A stretch of 64,000 nucleotides of DNA from Cyanophora paradoxa CCMP329 (taxonomy: Eukaryota > Plantae > Glaucophyta). Every line of letters starts with the position of its first letter. The first letter of the stretch is position 1. The position numbers and the translations under genes were made by a program. The stretch spans positions 230,435-294,434 of the forward strand of contig QPMI01000400.1 of assembly GCA_004431415.1 (NCBI GenBank), written 5' to 3'. This document shows, one piece after another, positions 50,318 through 62,330 of the stretch. Under the pieces are notes generated by a model, which saw only the letters and a list, made by a program, of their open reading frames with translations, was not told where the DNA came from and ran no database searches.

Positions 50318-50967
50318 TTTCTAAGTATATGTATTGCAGAACTTCCATATGCATGGCTGACATGCGTTGAGCCTGCTGGCCATGGGACGAGGGCAGGGCA
50401 GCGCACACGGGGGGCCGGGGGGCCCAGCGGCTAGCGGTGCTATATATAGCTGCCAACTCTCTGTACTCTGCCGCAACTCTCTTTACACTGTCAGGCAATA
50501 TCTCTGTAGACACAGACTTGAGGACAGAGTTCTCTCTGTAGACACAGAGTCTCTGTGCATGTTGATAGATAGTACAGAGAGTTCGTGACTTTTTAGTATG
50601 GACGGAAGTCGGAACTTCCTGAAAAAAGGCTGTACAGAGACCGAGGTTCTCTGTGTTTCAGGACTTGCTGAAACGGCCCGGTTTCTCCTAGTGTAATGCG
50701 CGCGCGCACGTACCATGGCTGAACGTTTTATGTGCAGCACTGTACTTTAGCTTGTAAAGTTCAATATGGACTTGTCGCCCCATGGCCATGCTCGAGCTGA
50801 TTCCACGGTCTACCAACATTCCGCGACGAAGCCTTGAAGGGCAGAAGGTCGGGTACCGGATCGAATTCGCTCCGGCGGCCAGGACCGACAGCACGCCAGG
50901 ACAGACAGCGCGATCGGCAGCTTTTGTGTCCTGCCGACCGTCGGACTCGCGAGCCTGACCGGTCGAG

Positions 50968-53900
50968 ATGCGGCTGTGGCTCGTGGCGGTCGTCGCGGCG
51001 CTGGCGATTGGCGCCGCGTCGGCGGCACCAGCGCCTCCTGCAGCTGATCCCCCTATAGCGGTCACTGGAACGTGTCCCCACACGCACTGCTACGATTTGG
51101 TCCGCCGTCTCCACGACGCCCCCACACGGCTCCTGACCGGCCCGCGCCCCGCGCCGGGCATTACGCAGTCATGTGGCGTGGAAATAGCCGCGTACGCCGA
51201 GGGCGCGCACTGCGCCGACTTCCAGACTTCTCCTTGTGATGGTGACTGGCATACCTGCCTCGTCGGCACGCATGCAACTCATTGTTCAGTGCAGATGAAG
51301 ACATTGGCTCCGTCTATACACCGTGCAATACGCAGACGAATTCACGCAGCCTGGTTTACGTGCGCACGGACAGAGCGCGCCTCATGCGGACCGCGCACGC
51401 TGACCGCACCCGCAGTACTTCAAGCCGCCCGCGACGTGCAGGGGCGGCAAGGCGCTTCCGCCGCCCGTCACGGGCATCAGATGCGACCTGACGGTGCGTG
51501 CAAATCACGCTGCTCGGCGCACGCTACTCGCCTCACGCGGCGCGCAGTGCCCGGCCGGCCAGCGCCTGAACGGCGAGCTGAAGTCGTGCTCAGACTGTCA
51601 GCCCGGCACATTCAGCACCGGCGGGGCCCTCCGCTTCACCGACTGGCCCGCGCCCGCGCCCCGCCCCGCCCCCGGCCAGTGCAGCGGCGAGGACCGCTGA
51701 CGCGTGCCGGCGCGCAGGTCCAGCGGCTTCCCGCCTCAGTTCTGTGCGCCCCTGCCGCGCCCCGGGGCGCGCGCGTGGCGGCTCACGGGGTCCGCCCAGC
51801 GACGGAGTGCCGGGACGCGGAGGGGGAAGTCTGCAACCCGGTGCGGCGGCCCCCTCCCCGCGCCGCCTTCGACGGCCGAACCCTCTGACGCCGGCCCCAG
51901 TGGCGCGTGCGCAACGGGAGCGTGATCGACTCTGGGGACCACAGCGACCAGCAGAACCTCGTGCGTGCCGGGGGGCGGCAGGCGCGGGGGCGGCCGCCCG
52001 GCTGCGCGGCTCACGTGCGCCGCCGGCAGGTCGCCGTACTCGCGCTCCGCGTCCTCGTGCGCCCCGCCGGCCTCCTCCCGCCCGCCGGCCGCGCCCCCAC
52101 TCAGGGTCCCCGCCTCGCAGCTCGTGCGGGACGGCGCCATCAGCTTCGAGTACCGCGTCGACGCCGAGGTCCCCTCTTCCCTCTCCGCCCCGCCCCCGCT
52201 CGCCCCGCTCCCCGCTCACCCGCCCCGCAGCCCGGCTACGACGGCGCGGCCGTCCCCCTCCCTCCGGCGGCCCTGTGCGCGGCGCGCTGACGCAGAGAGG
52301 GGGGCGCAGGGCTCTCGCTCTTCGTTGACGACCTGCAGGCGATGCCGCTCGTCTCCCAGCAGGCCACCTACACCACCTTCACCCTCCCCGCCTCCCGCGG
52401 GTCCGCCCCCCGCCGGCCTCCCCCCGCCGCCCGCCGCGCCGCGGGCCCGGCGCTGACTCGGAGCAGGTACCGCGTCTTCAAGTTCATCTACAGCAAGGAC
52501 TACAGCATGAGCTACGGCCGCGACCGCGCCTGGATCCGCGTGAGGCCCCGCCCTGAGCCGCCCCTCCCCGAGGCCCGCGGCCGACGGGGGGCAGAACATC
52601 GCGGTGGACGGGGTCTCGCTGGCGGACCCGACGTGCACCGCCTGCCCCGCCGGCCGCTTCGCCGCCGCCGCCAAGGCCACCGACTGCGACGAGTGCCCGC
52701 CGAACTCCGTGCGCCGCGCCGGCTCTGCCCCTCGCGGGCCGCCGGTGACGGGGCGGCAGTACGCGCCGGAGCCCGGGGCGGCGGCGTGCCTGCCGTGCCC
52801 CGCCACGCAGTTCAGCGCCGCCGGCTCCGCCAAGTGCACCGACCGCAAGGGCCCGCCCCGCCCCGCCCGCCGGCCGGCCCCGCGCCGGGCGCCCCGCTGA
52901 CGGGCGCGCAGCGTGCACGATCAACGTGGACTACGTGGAGGTCCTCTCAGCGTGCGCGAAGCAGGCGGACGGGAGCTTCAGGCGCACCCGCAGCTACGAG
53001 TTCCTCCAGCCCGTCATCTGCCGCAGCGACATCTTCCAGCTCCCGCCCTCCACCACCGAGCCCTGCGGCCCGCCCCCGCCCCGCCTTGCCCGCCCTCCGC
53101 CCCTTCCTCACGCGTTCCGCGCGCAGAGCCGCCGCCGTGCGCGCGGGGCCAGTACCGGCGCGACTCGGACGCGCAGTGCGTCTCCTGCGAGGTGCGGTCA
53201 TCCCCTGCCGGCCGCGTTCCTCCCCGCGGGGCGGGCCTCACGCGGCGGGGCGGCAGGACGGGACGTTCACGGACGGGTCGACGCAAGCGCGGCAGTGCAC
53301 GGCCTGCGGGGCCGGCCACGCCGCCATCAAATACGAGACGTCCGCCCCGCCCCGCCCCGCCCCTCGCCGCGCCGGCGCGCAGGCCGAAGCGCCGGGGCGC
53401 AGGATCTCGGACTTCGGGGCGTGGCCGGGGGCGTTCAAGGGGCAGGACGGGCAGCCGAACACCGGCTGCGACGGCGAGTGCAGCACGCAGGTGCCGCCTC
53501 GCCCCCGCCGCCCGTCTCCGCCCCCGCCGGCCTCGCTCACCCCCGCGCGACCTCGAAGGGCTGGCAGCTGGCGCCGGGGCACATGTACAGCGGGATCGGG
53601 CACGGGCAGGTGGGCGGCGCCGCCCGCTGCGCCCCGCCGCGCGCCTCGCGCTGGAGCTGAGGGGCGGGGAGGTGGCGGACGTGTACGTGGAGATGGCGGG
53701 GGAGCTCTACGCCGACGGCGCCCTCGCCTTCGAGTACCGCGTCGAGTGCCCCGCCCTCCCCGCCGTCCGCAGCCCCCTCTTCTCCCTCGCGCCCCCTCCC
53801 CCGCCGACCCCGCCGGCCAGTCGGTGACCTTCGGGGCGCCGCGGCTGATCGTGGCGGTGGACGGGCACGCCGCCGAGTCCTACTCCTGCCCCGCCTCCGG

Positions 53901-55765
53901 CAGGGCCCGCATCCCCGTCCCCGCTGGCACGCACACCTTCCGCTGGATCTTCCACAAGGCACCCCGGGCCCCCGCCCCGCCCGTCCCTCTCTCGTGCTGA
54001 CGCCGGCGCAGCGCTCCTACCTCGCCTCGCCCCAGGACGTCGCCTCCGTCGCCGTGCCTGCCCCGCGCCCCGCCCACCGCCCCGCCCCGGCTCGACCCCC
54101 CGCCCGACCCGCCGCCTCAGAACATCGTGCTGGAGGGGTCGTTGAGGGGCGGCGGCGGCGAGTGCCGCGCGTGCCCCGCGGGGACCTTCGCGGGGGCCAA
54201 GTCGGCGGCCTGCGCCCCCTGCCCCGTGGGGGCGAGCAGCCCGCAGGCCGCCACCGCCTGCTCCAAGTGCCCCGCCAACACGCGCGCCCAGCCCCCTCCC
54301 GCCCTCCTCCCGCCTCCCGCCCCGCGCCGGCGCGCGCCCGCTGAGGCCCCCCGCAGCTTCGCCAGCGTCGAGGGCTCGTCTGAATGCAGGAGGCGCGCCC
54401 TGCAACCCCGCCCCGCCGCCGCACGCCCCGCGCGCCTCACGGGTCGGGGCAGCTGCGGGAAGGGGACGCTGAGCCCGGCGGGGGCGGCCGGCTGCAGGTG
54501 GCGCTCCCCGCCCCTCGTCCCCGGCCTCAGTCCGGCCGACCGGAGCACCGCGCAGCTACACGTGCGAGCTGGAGGAGGGGGCGGCGCGCTACGACGTCTC
54601 CCGCCTCGCCTCCCCCCGCTCCATGTACATCGCCCAGTGCGCCTGCGCCCCGCGCCCCGCGCCCCATTCCCCCCGCCCCCCGCCCGCCCCCGGCGTCTCC
54701 GTGAGGCGGGTGCAGGGACGAGGCGGACAGCGGGAACGAGTTCCTCGTCGACGTGTGCGTGCGCGCGCCGGCCTCGTCGGGCAACCGCTCCTGCGAGAAC
54801 CCCCTCGTGCGCCCCTGCTCCCGCCCCGGCCCCGGCCCCGGCCCCGGCCCCGGGCCGCGCGGGGCCGATGCCGGGCGGCGCAGGAGGGGACGAAGCCGAT
54901 GCTGAGCTGCATGCGGGACGCGGTGGGGAACATCATCGTGCGGGGCCCACCCCCGGCTTCCCGGCGCCGCGGGCTGACGGGGGCCGGGCAGAACACGGGG
55001 GACGTCTTCGGGATCGCCCCGCTGCCGGCCTCGGCCCTCGAGTTCCTGCCCCCGGCCCCCTCCCCCTCCCCGGGCGCCCCCGCCCCCGCCCCCGGCGGCG
55101 ACCCCCTCACGGGCGGGCCCCGGCCCCTCGGCGTCACCCTCGAGTACACCTACGGGTCCGCCCCGCACCCCACCCCGCCCCTCCGGCCCTGCCCACGCGC
55201 GCGCGGCAGGGAGCCGCTGGCGGCGGCGGACGTGCCGGCGGGGGCGACGGGGGCGGACCGGGCGCGGCGGACGGTGCTCTACCTCCTCTGCGACGTGCCG
55301 GCCGGCCAGGGCGCGCCGCGCGTGGTCGCCCACAACGCCTCCCACACCCTCGTCGCCTGGGCCTCCGCCTTCGCCTGCCCCCTCTGCACCCCGGACGACG
55401 CGCGCCGCCCGCCCTCCCCCCGCCCCCGCGCACCCGACGCCCCCGCGCAGGTGACGGTGACGACGACGGCGTGCTACAACGGGAAGCAGACGACGCGCTA
55501 CTTCTTCGCGGACGAGGGGAGGCGGCAGCGCTGCTTCGGGGGCGAGGAGCTGCCGGCGCCCGTGACGTCGGCCTGCACGGTGCCCTCCAAGTTCCCCACG
55601 GGGGCCTTCCTCGGGGCGGCCATCACGGCCCTCGTCGTCGTGCCGGCGGCCGTCGTGCTCTTCCTCAAGTACCGCAAGTACCGCGCCCTCTACGCCCAGT
55701 ACGAGGCCCTCGGCCACGGCGGGCCCGAGCGCGAGCTCGCCGACGACTCCGACTTCGTCGCCTAG
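50968..55765 (+). CDS. ELAPOR/KIAA1324 (UPF0577)-like Cys-rich type I membrane protein
   Basis: Signal peptide, YTPC...SR, CRGGKALPPPVTGIRCDLTCPAGQRL, CQPGTFSTGGALRFTDW, many CxxCPAG repeats, an MRH-like region (WASAFACPLC), TM, and tail KYRALYAQYEAL. Confidence 0.85.
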
Positions 55766-56063
55766 CCGCCCCCGCCCCCGCCCCGCCGCTGCACGCTGGC
55801 CTTCGGGCTCCGCCCCCTAGCTAGCCGGGGGGCTGCAGCCCTCGCCCCCCCTCCCGATCCCTCCCTCCTCCTTGCAGACCGGTATCTCCTTAGCGCTTGT
55901 GTAACTTAGTCATCTACAGCATTTACATCGCTAGTCTATCGGTATCGCGCCCTACGCTGCCGCGTGTATACGCTCAGGCCCTAGACCTAAGCCTGCACCT
56001 AGATCTGCTGTGGCTACAGAAACCGAAAGGCGGAGGGGCGCGGCGGGGGCGGCCGCCTCCGGG

Positions 56064-56860
<797 letters not shown>

Positions 56861-57309
56861 CTGTGGTAGACCGAGAGGGGCGCGTGAGCTCGAGGCTCGA
56901 ATGACAAGAGCTCGCAGGCGCGGGCGCTTTTGAGGCCGCGGCCAGACGCAAGTGAGCGGCCTTCATACGGCGCAGATGCCCAGCCGCGACGATGAGCCGC
57001 TACGACGTCTGTGCGCGCTGGACGAAGCTGATTGGTCGAGCACAGGGTACGTCGTTACTTCGTTCGCCAACCCAAGCGTCGCGCAGGCTGCGCGGCGCAG
57101 CGAGCTCGAGATCTGCTGATCGAAACTGCACGCTCTTCAGCGGGGCTCGCTGCTGGTCGAAATCGCTTTCTAGCGCCGCTCCAGCTACGTCTGCACACGC
57201 GCTCCGCCCTGCCAGCGCGGTGCGCGACGATTCCGGCATTGCGCCAGCCACTGTGGGGTCAGCCAAGACGGCTTCAAGCGCGCAGCGCGCGCGCTACAAG
57301 AAAGAGCCC

Positions 57310-58234
57310 ATGTCGGAGAGCGCGTACCAGCGTGCCGAATCGCTGCTCAGTGGCGTCGCCGAAGCCATCGGAGTATGTACAGCAATCGTCGTCGTGTCTG
57401 CAGCCTCGCTATGGGGCCTCGCTTCGCCCTTTACTTGGCACCCGCTCCTCATGGTGCGTTCTTGCAATTGAGCCTCGGCCGCGATCTTCTGCGTGTAGGC
57501 GTGACCCGCGAGCAGGCGATCGCGTTCCTCTTCTTCATGACGGAAGGCGTCTTCGCGTACAGGGCCCCCGGCGACCGCGGCACCCGGCCGGACCGCCGGA
57601 AGACGCATGCGATCCTCCAGATCGGGTCCTTCCTGTGCTGCGTCGGGGGCTTGGCTGCGATTCTCTACAATAAGGTCGCCCACGGCAAGTCAGTGCTGCC
57701 TCGCTCCTGGTGCGCGTCCCCGGAGCCGCGCCCGCGCGCGATTCGAATCTCATGATGCCATTCATACGACAGGCACGCGCTGATCGCGACGGGGGCGCTG
57801 GTGCTGATGCTGGTGCAGGCGGCCGCGGGGGCGCGGAAGTACCTGGTGCTCACGAAGGAGGGCGCCCGCGTCCACACGTGGCACGGCAAGGCACGCGGGC
57901 GCCGTCGCCGCTCGACCGGCGCCCGCCGCGTCCCTGAGGCCGCCGCGCAGGCCGGCATCGCCGTGTACCTCCTGGGCCTGCTAGCGCTCTTCACCGGCGT
58001 CTACAAGGCCCGCCCCGCCCCGCCCGGCCGCCCTGGACCTCGGCGGCGCTGAGGGGCCGGCAGACGCTGGAGGGGGCGGCGTGGGGCCTGGCGCTCTTCG
58101 GGACGGCGGCGCTGGGGGCGCTGGCGGTGTCCGTCCTCTACGCCATCCCCGTCCTCAAGGAGCGCGCCCTCTACTCCGATTCCGCCGCCGCCCCCGGCGC
58201 CGGCCTCGACGTCCCCTACCGCACCTTCTCCTAG
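57310..58234 (+). CDS. Cytochrome b561 family protein (CYB561D-like)
   Basis: Four heme-ligand His in FTWHPLLM, KTHAILQ, SWHALI and TWHGKAG, with multiple TM helices. Confidence 0.88.
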
Positions 58235-58478
58235 CCCCGCCCCCGCCCCCGCCCCGCCCTCTCTTTGCCCATCGCCAGCTGCAGGCCCCGTCGAACGGCC
58301 GTGTAACTATTGTGCCAAACTTACTTGAATGTACAGTACAAAAACTCACACACACAGCACAGAATCAGCAGAGGACGAGCGGGGTGCGCGGGCACCCGGC
58401 CCGGCCCCCAGTGACAAAAACTGGCACCAGAAAGGAGGGAGGGTGGATTGCCGAGAGGAGCGCGGGCCGGAGACCCAG

Positions 58479-59833
58479 CTAGCGGCGAGGCCCGAGGGTT
58501 GCGGCGAATGCGATTATTACTGCCTCCTGGGCCTTGGTCTCGATGGAGCGCGGCCGCCGCGCCCGCACCGCCGCCACCGCCTCCGCCGCCGACATCCCTT
58601 CACAAACCGAGGAATCAAAATGTTGCTCGATCTGGATGTGAATTCAAATCTTTACCCTTGTTCGCGCAGAGCCAGGCGGCGAGGAGGACGCCGGTGCGGC
58701 CGCGCCCCGCCATGCAGTGCACCGCCGTGGCGCGGCCCGTCGCGAAGTGCTGCTGCCGGTCGAACTCGATGAACATCTGGATCTGCGGGGGGCTTCAGCG
58801 GGGCAGAGGACGGAGAGCGACGCTGGGCCGAACGGGGCTGGGGCGCGCCTGCTGGAGGGTCGGGGGCATGTAGTCCCGCACGGGGAGGTGGTAGCACTTG
58901 ATGGGCGCCCCAGCCGCCTTCACCAACGCCGTCGTCTCGTCCGCCTGCGCCCGCCCGCGTGAGGCGCGCCGCGCCGGCCGGGCCGGACCGGGACGGGCTA
59001 GGGCGGGGCGTGCCTCGGTGAGGACGACGATGGTGCCGACGCCGAGATCCCTGCTCAACAGGAGCGTCTCCAGCGGGCTCATCGGGGCGCCCATCCCCTG
59101 CCCCCGGGTGAGCCGAGCCGGCGGCGCGTCGTCGGCCGGCGGGGCGCGCACCCCGATGCGGCCCTGCTCGATCCAGGAGAAGCCGCAGGCGGCGGGCGGC
59201 GGCGAGGGCGGCCCCGCGAAGCTCGTCGACCGCAGCGCGCTCTCCGGCGACCCCTTCGCCTTCGGACCCCTGCGGCGTCCCCGGGGCGCGTCGGGGCGGG
59301 CCTCGAGGGGCGCCGCGGCGGGCGGCGCTCGGGCGCTCGCACCGCGCGCTGGAGCTCTTGACGACCCGCCAGGGCACGGTCGCCGGTCCCACTTTGGCCA
59401 GGAGCTCGCTCGGCGCGGCCGCCGCCGGCTTCGACGCCGATTCGGCCGAAGGGGCCTCTGCCGTGCGGGGAGGCGCTTCCTCCGACGCCCCGGCGGGGGC
59501 GGCGGCGGCGGCGGCGGCGGCGGGCTCGGGGGGCGGCTCGGGGTCGGAGCTGGTGGGCCTGGCTGGCGGGCAGAACCTGGGCACGGCCGGCGTGCTGGCG
59601 GCGGAGGTGTCGTACACAGAGGTGTCTGCCAGCGCGTCGATGACCGACGAGGCGCAGCTCGCCGTGTCGTCGTCCCGCGGGCTCCGCGGGCTACGCGGCG
59701 TGCCCCGCGGGCTCGCCAGCCGCACCGGCTCCGAGTAGCCGGCCCCGGCAAGCTGCACCGCGCTTATAGGCTTCGTCTGCAGCACGGGGGCGCTGCGCGT
59801 GACGGGTTCCTCCACGCTTCTCGTCTCCGCCAT
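58479..59833 (-). CDS. Dual-specificity protein phosphatase (DUSP23-like) with a disordered N-terminus
   Basis: GFSWI, HLPVRDYMPPTLQQI, catalytic VHCMAGRGRTG, VRARRPRSIETKAQE. Confidence 0.88.
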
Positions 59834-60323
59834 GCATCTCCGGCACGTATCCTGCGCGTTCGGAGCGCGGGTGTCAGTCCCCGCGCCCGTACTGTGCATG
59901 GCGGGGGCCCGGATCGCGCACAGCGAGCCAGCACGCCATCATCGTCAAGTGGTGTCGAAAGAGATGTATGCGTGATCAGAAACGTCTGAGCGGTGCTGCA
60001 CGTCGCGAGGCCCTTGTTGAGATTTGAAACGCTCGCGGGTCTCGAGCGCCGCAAGGGCCGGCGGTTACACCGCGGTCCGGTGAGCTGCAGCTGCTCTCTC
60101 GCGAGAGCCACGGGGTTTCACAGCCGGAAACTGCCCTAGCTATTGATCGAAGAAGTTCTTCAGCTCAACATCTGCTGCTGAAGGCAAGGGTTCGAATCCC
60201 TGAGTTCAGCTCCTTCGAGAAAATCCAACTCGAGGCGCCGGAAGCGCCGCTAGCTGAGGTTGGAATCCGTGCACAGCCCGAAAACTAGTTTTAAAAAAAT
60301 CCATGGTTTCGCTAGCGCTAGCG

Positions 60324-61984
60324 TTAGCTGAGGAGGGAGGAGGGGGAGAAGAGGCCGTCGTCGGCGCCGGCGGGCCTGCCGTGGCCGTGGGCGCCGCCCT
60401 GCTGCTCGAGCTCCGCCAGGAAAGCGCTCGCCAGGTGCGGTCCCGCCCCCATGCCTGCTCGTGCTCCGTGGTCGGCGCCAACGTTCGACCGCCAGCCGCC
60501 AGCCGGCGGCGCGCGGCGGGGCGGGCTCCGAGGGCGCGTGCACCGTGGGAGGGCGTCATGCCGAGGTGCGTGTCGTCGAAGAGTTGCGCGTTCTGCAGCC
60601 ACGTGAGGCCGGCCGGGCGGCTCTGGCGGGGCGCCCGGAGGCACCATGCGCTTGAGGGGCGTGTCCGCATCGTGGGCCGCGCCCCTGGCCTGCATCCCGT
60701 CCGCCGCCGCGCTGCACGCCAGGCAGCCCGGGCAAAAGTACGGCTCTGAGATCCCCGCCTCAGCGCTCCGCGCGCGAGGGCGGCCGGCGGGGCGGGGCGG
60801 GGCGGGGCGGGGCGGGGCGGGGCGGGGCACCGCTGGAGCCGCGCTGCGGGTTTCCGGGGGCGCAGTAGGGGTGCGCGACGAGCTCGCAGGCCGTGCAGCG
60901 GACCTGACGGCGGCGTCGGACGCGAGGGGGGGCCGCCGCGGGGGGCGGGCGGGGCGCCGGGGCGCACCATGTGCTCGAGCGAGCCCGGAGAGCAGCAGAC
61001 GAGGCAGCGCGGGGCCGCCTCCGGCGACGTCGTCGACTCGTGCTCCGCCGGCCCCGCGTCGGGCGCCCGCACGGCCTTCCTCGAAGAGCCCCCGCCCGCC
61101 CGCCCCGCCGGCCTCCCGCGGCTGCTTCGCCGGGCGCCCCGCCGCCGCCGCCGGCCGCCCCGCCCTCGGCCTCGCCTTCGCAGCGGGGCCGGGCTCACGG
61201 GCCGACGGAGGCAAGGCCTTCGCAGCAGCAGCAGCCGCCGCCGGCTTGCTCCTGCACGCGGGGCAGAACCTGCGCGACGGCCCTTTCGAAGAGGGCACCA
61301 GAGAGTGAAGGAGCCGGGTGCGCACCAGGCCCCCTCCGGCACCTTGTCAAGCTTCGGCTTGCAGCAGTACGTGTGTATGGCGAACTTGCACTCGCCTCCC
61401 TCGCCGTCGCCGTCGCACAAAATCATTACGCCGCCGTCTCCGGTATTGTGGCACACGGCGCACGCGGTGTCGTCGTCCTGTGCGGTTGAACGGCATCGCT
61501 CGCGCACGAGATGGACACTACACGCATGCGAAGGGACGCTAACCGGCTCTTCTTGAGCAGCGGAGGCACCTGCGTGAGCAGCTGGCTGGGCAGCTGCCTG
61601 AGCCGGTGGCGTTGCCACAGGAGAACTCTGGTACAAGTCATCCTCCCTCAAGCTTCCGATGCACACTCCTTGAAAAACAGTTCCCGGTCGCGCATTCCCG
61701 CGGTATCCGCTCGGCAGCACCGCGACCTTGACCAACTGACCCAGGGCCGCGTGCTGCACGCCGAAAGGGACGCCCGCGCACGCATCCGCTGGTGCTGCTA
61801 CGCTAAAAACAGCTCCGCTCGCTCCCTCGCGGAAGAAGACCCTCGCGCCGCCGATCTGCTTAGGCTGCGGTTCCGCCCGCTGCTTCTTCGCCTTGGGCGG
61901 TGCAGCTGGGCCCGTGTGCTCGCTGGGAGCGTCGAACGGGTAGAGGCGCACGGCCGCCGTACCGACGGTACCGTCGCCTGGCAT
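60324..61984 (-). CDS. Double PHD-finger chromatin protein
   Basis: CAVC...MILCDG...CKFAIHTYCCKPKLDKVPEGAWFCPAC and CLVC...MVRCTACELVAHPYC...YFCPGC; NLS-like PPKAKKQR. Confidence 0.8.
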
Positions 61985-62330
61985 GTTGTTAAGCGGCTGC
62001 GCCTGGCCGCTGCTTTTCGAATGGCGACGACCGTACCCCCAACTTGTCCCCCCCCTTGCATTCAGGGTGTCTACGCGTTACGTTTGCGCATTGCGCGCTA
62101 CACGGCGCGGGGAGCTGCAGCTAAGCTGCCCGGCCGCGTCCAGGCTGCGCAGGAGCACATCCGCCCACGCTGCCTTTGGAGCGCAGAACTTTCGGCGCCT
62201 AGGCTACAGCTTCGTCTCACGTGCATAGATAGGTCCAGTTCGACTGTGCACAGTGTGCAGCTGGCTGTGTCCCGAAGTGCCCCTGCAGATGGAGGATTAG
62301 TGGTGTAGTCGGTGTTCACGTAGCGGCGCA

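Larger units (their letters stand above)
45598..50693. mobile_element. Non-autonomous CACTA (EnSpm/CMC) DNA transposon, 5096 bp
   Basis: 39-bp perfect terminal inverted repeats CACTAGGAGAAACCGGGCCGTTTCAGCAAGTCCTGAAAC (45598-45636 and 50655-50693), 3-bp target duplication TAA (45595-45597 and 50694-50696), and subterminal ACAGAG/CTCTGT motifs in both orientations at both ends. Confidence 0.93.

Noticed and set aside
45598-50693. Fanzor/TnpB or DDE transposase inside the element
   Set aside because: No RuvC, zinc-ribbon or DDE motifs could be seen in any frame or plausible splice.
60185-60202. tRNA gene at a perfect B-box (GGTTCGAATCCC)
   Set aside because: No A-box at the right spacing and no acceptor or anticodon stems; only an isolated T-arm-like hairpin.
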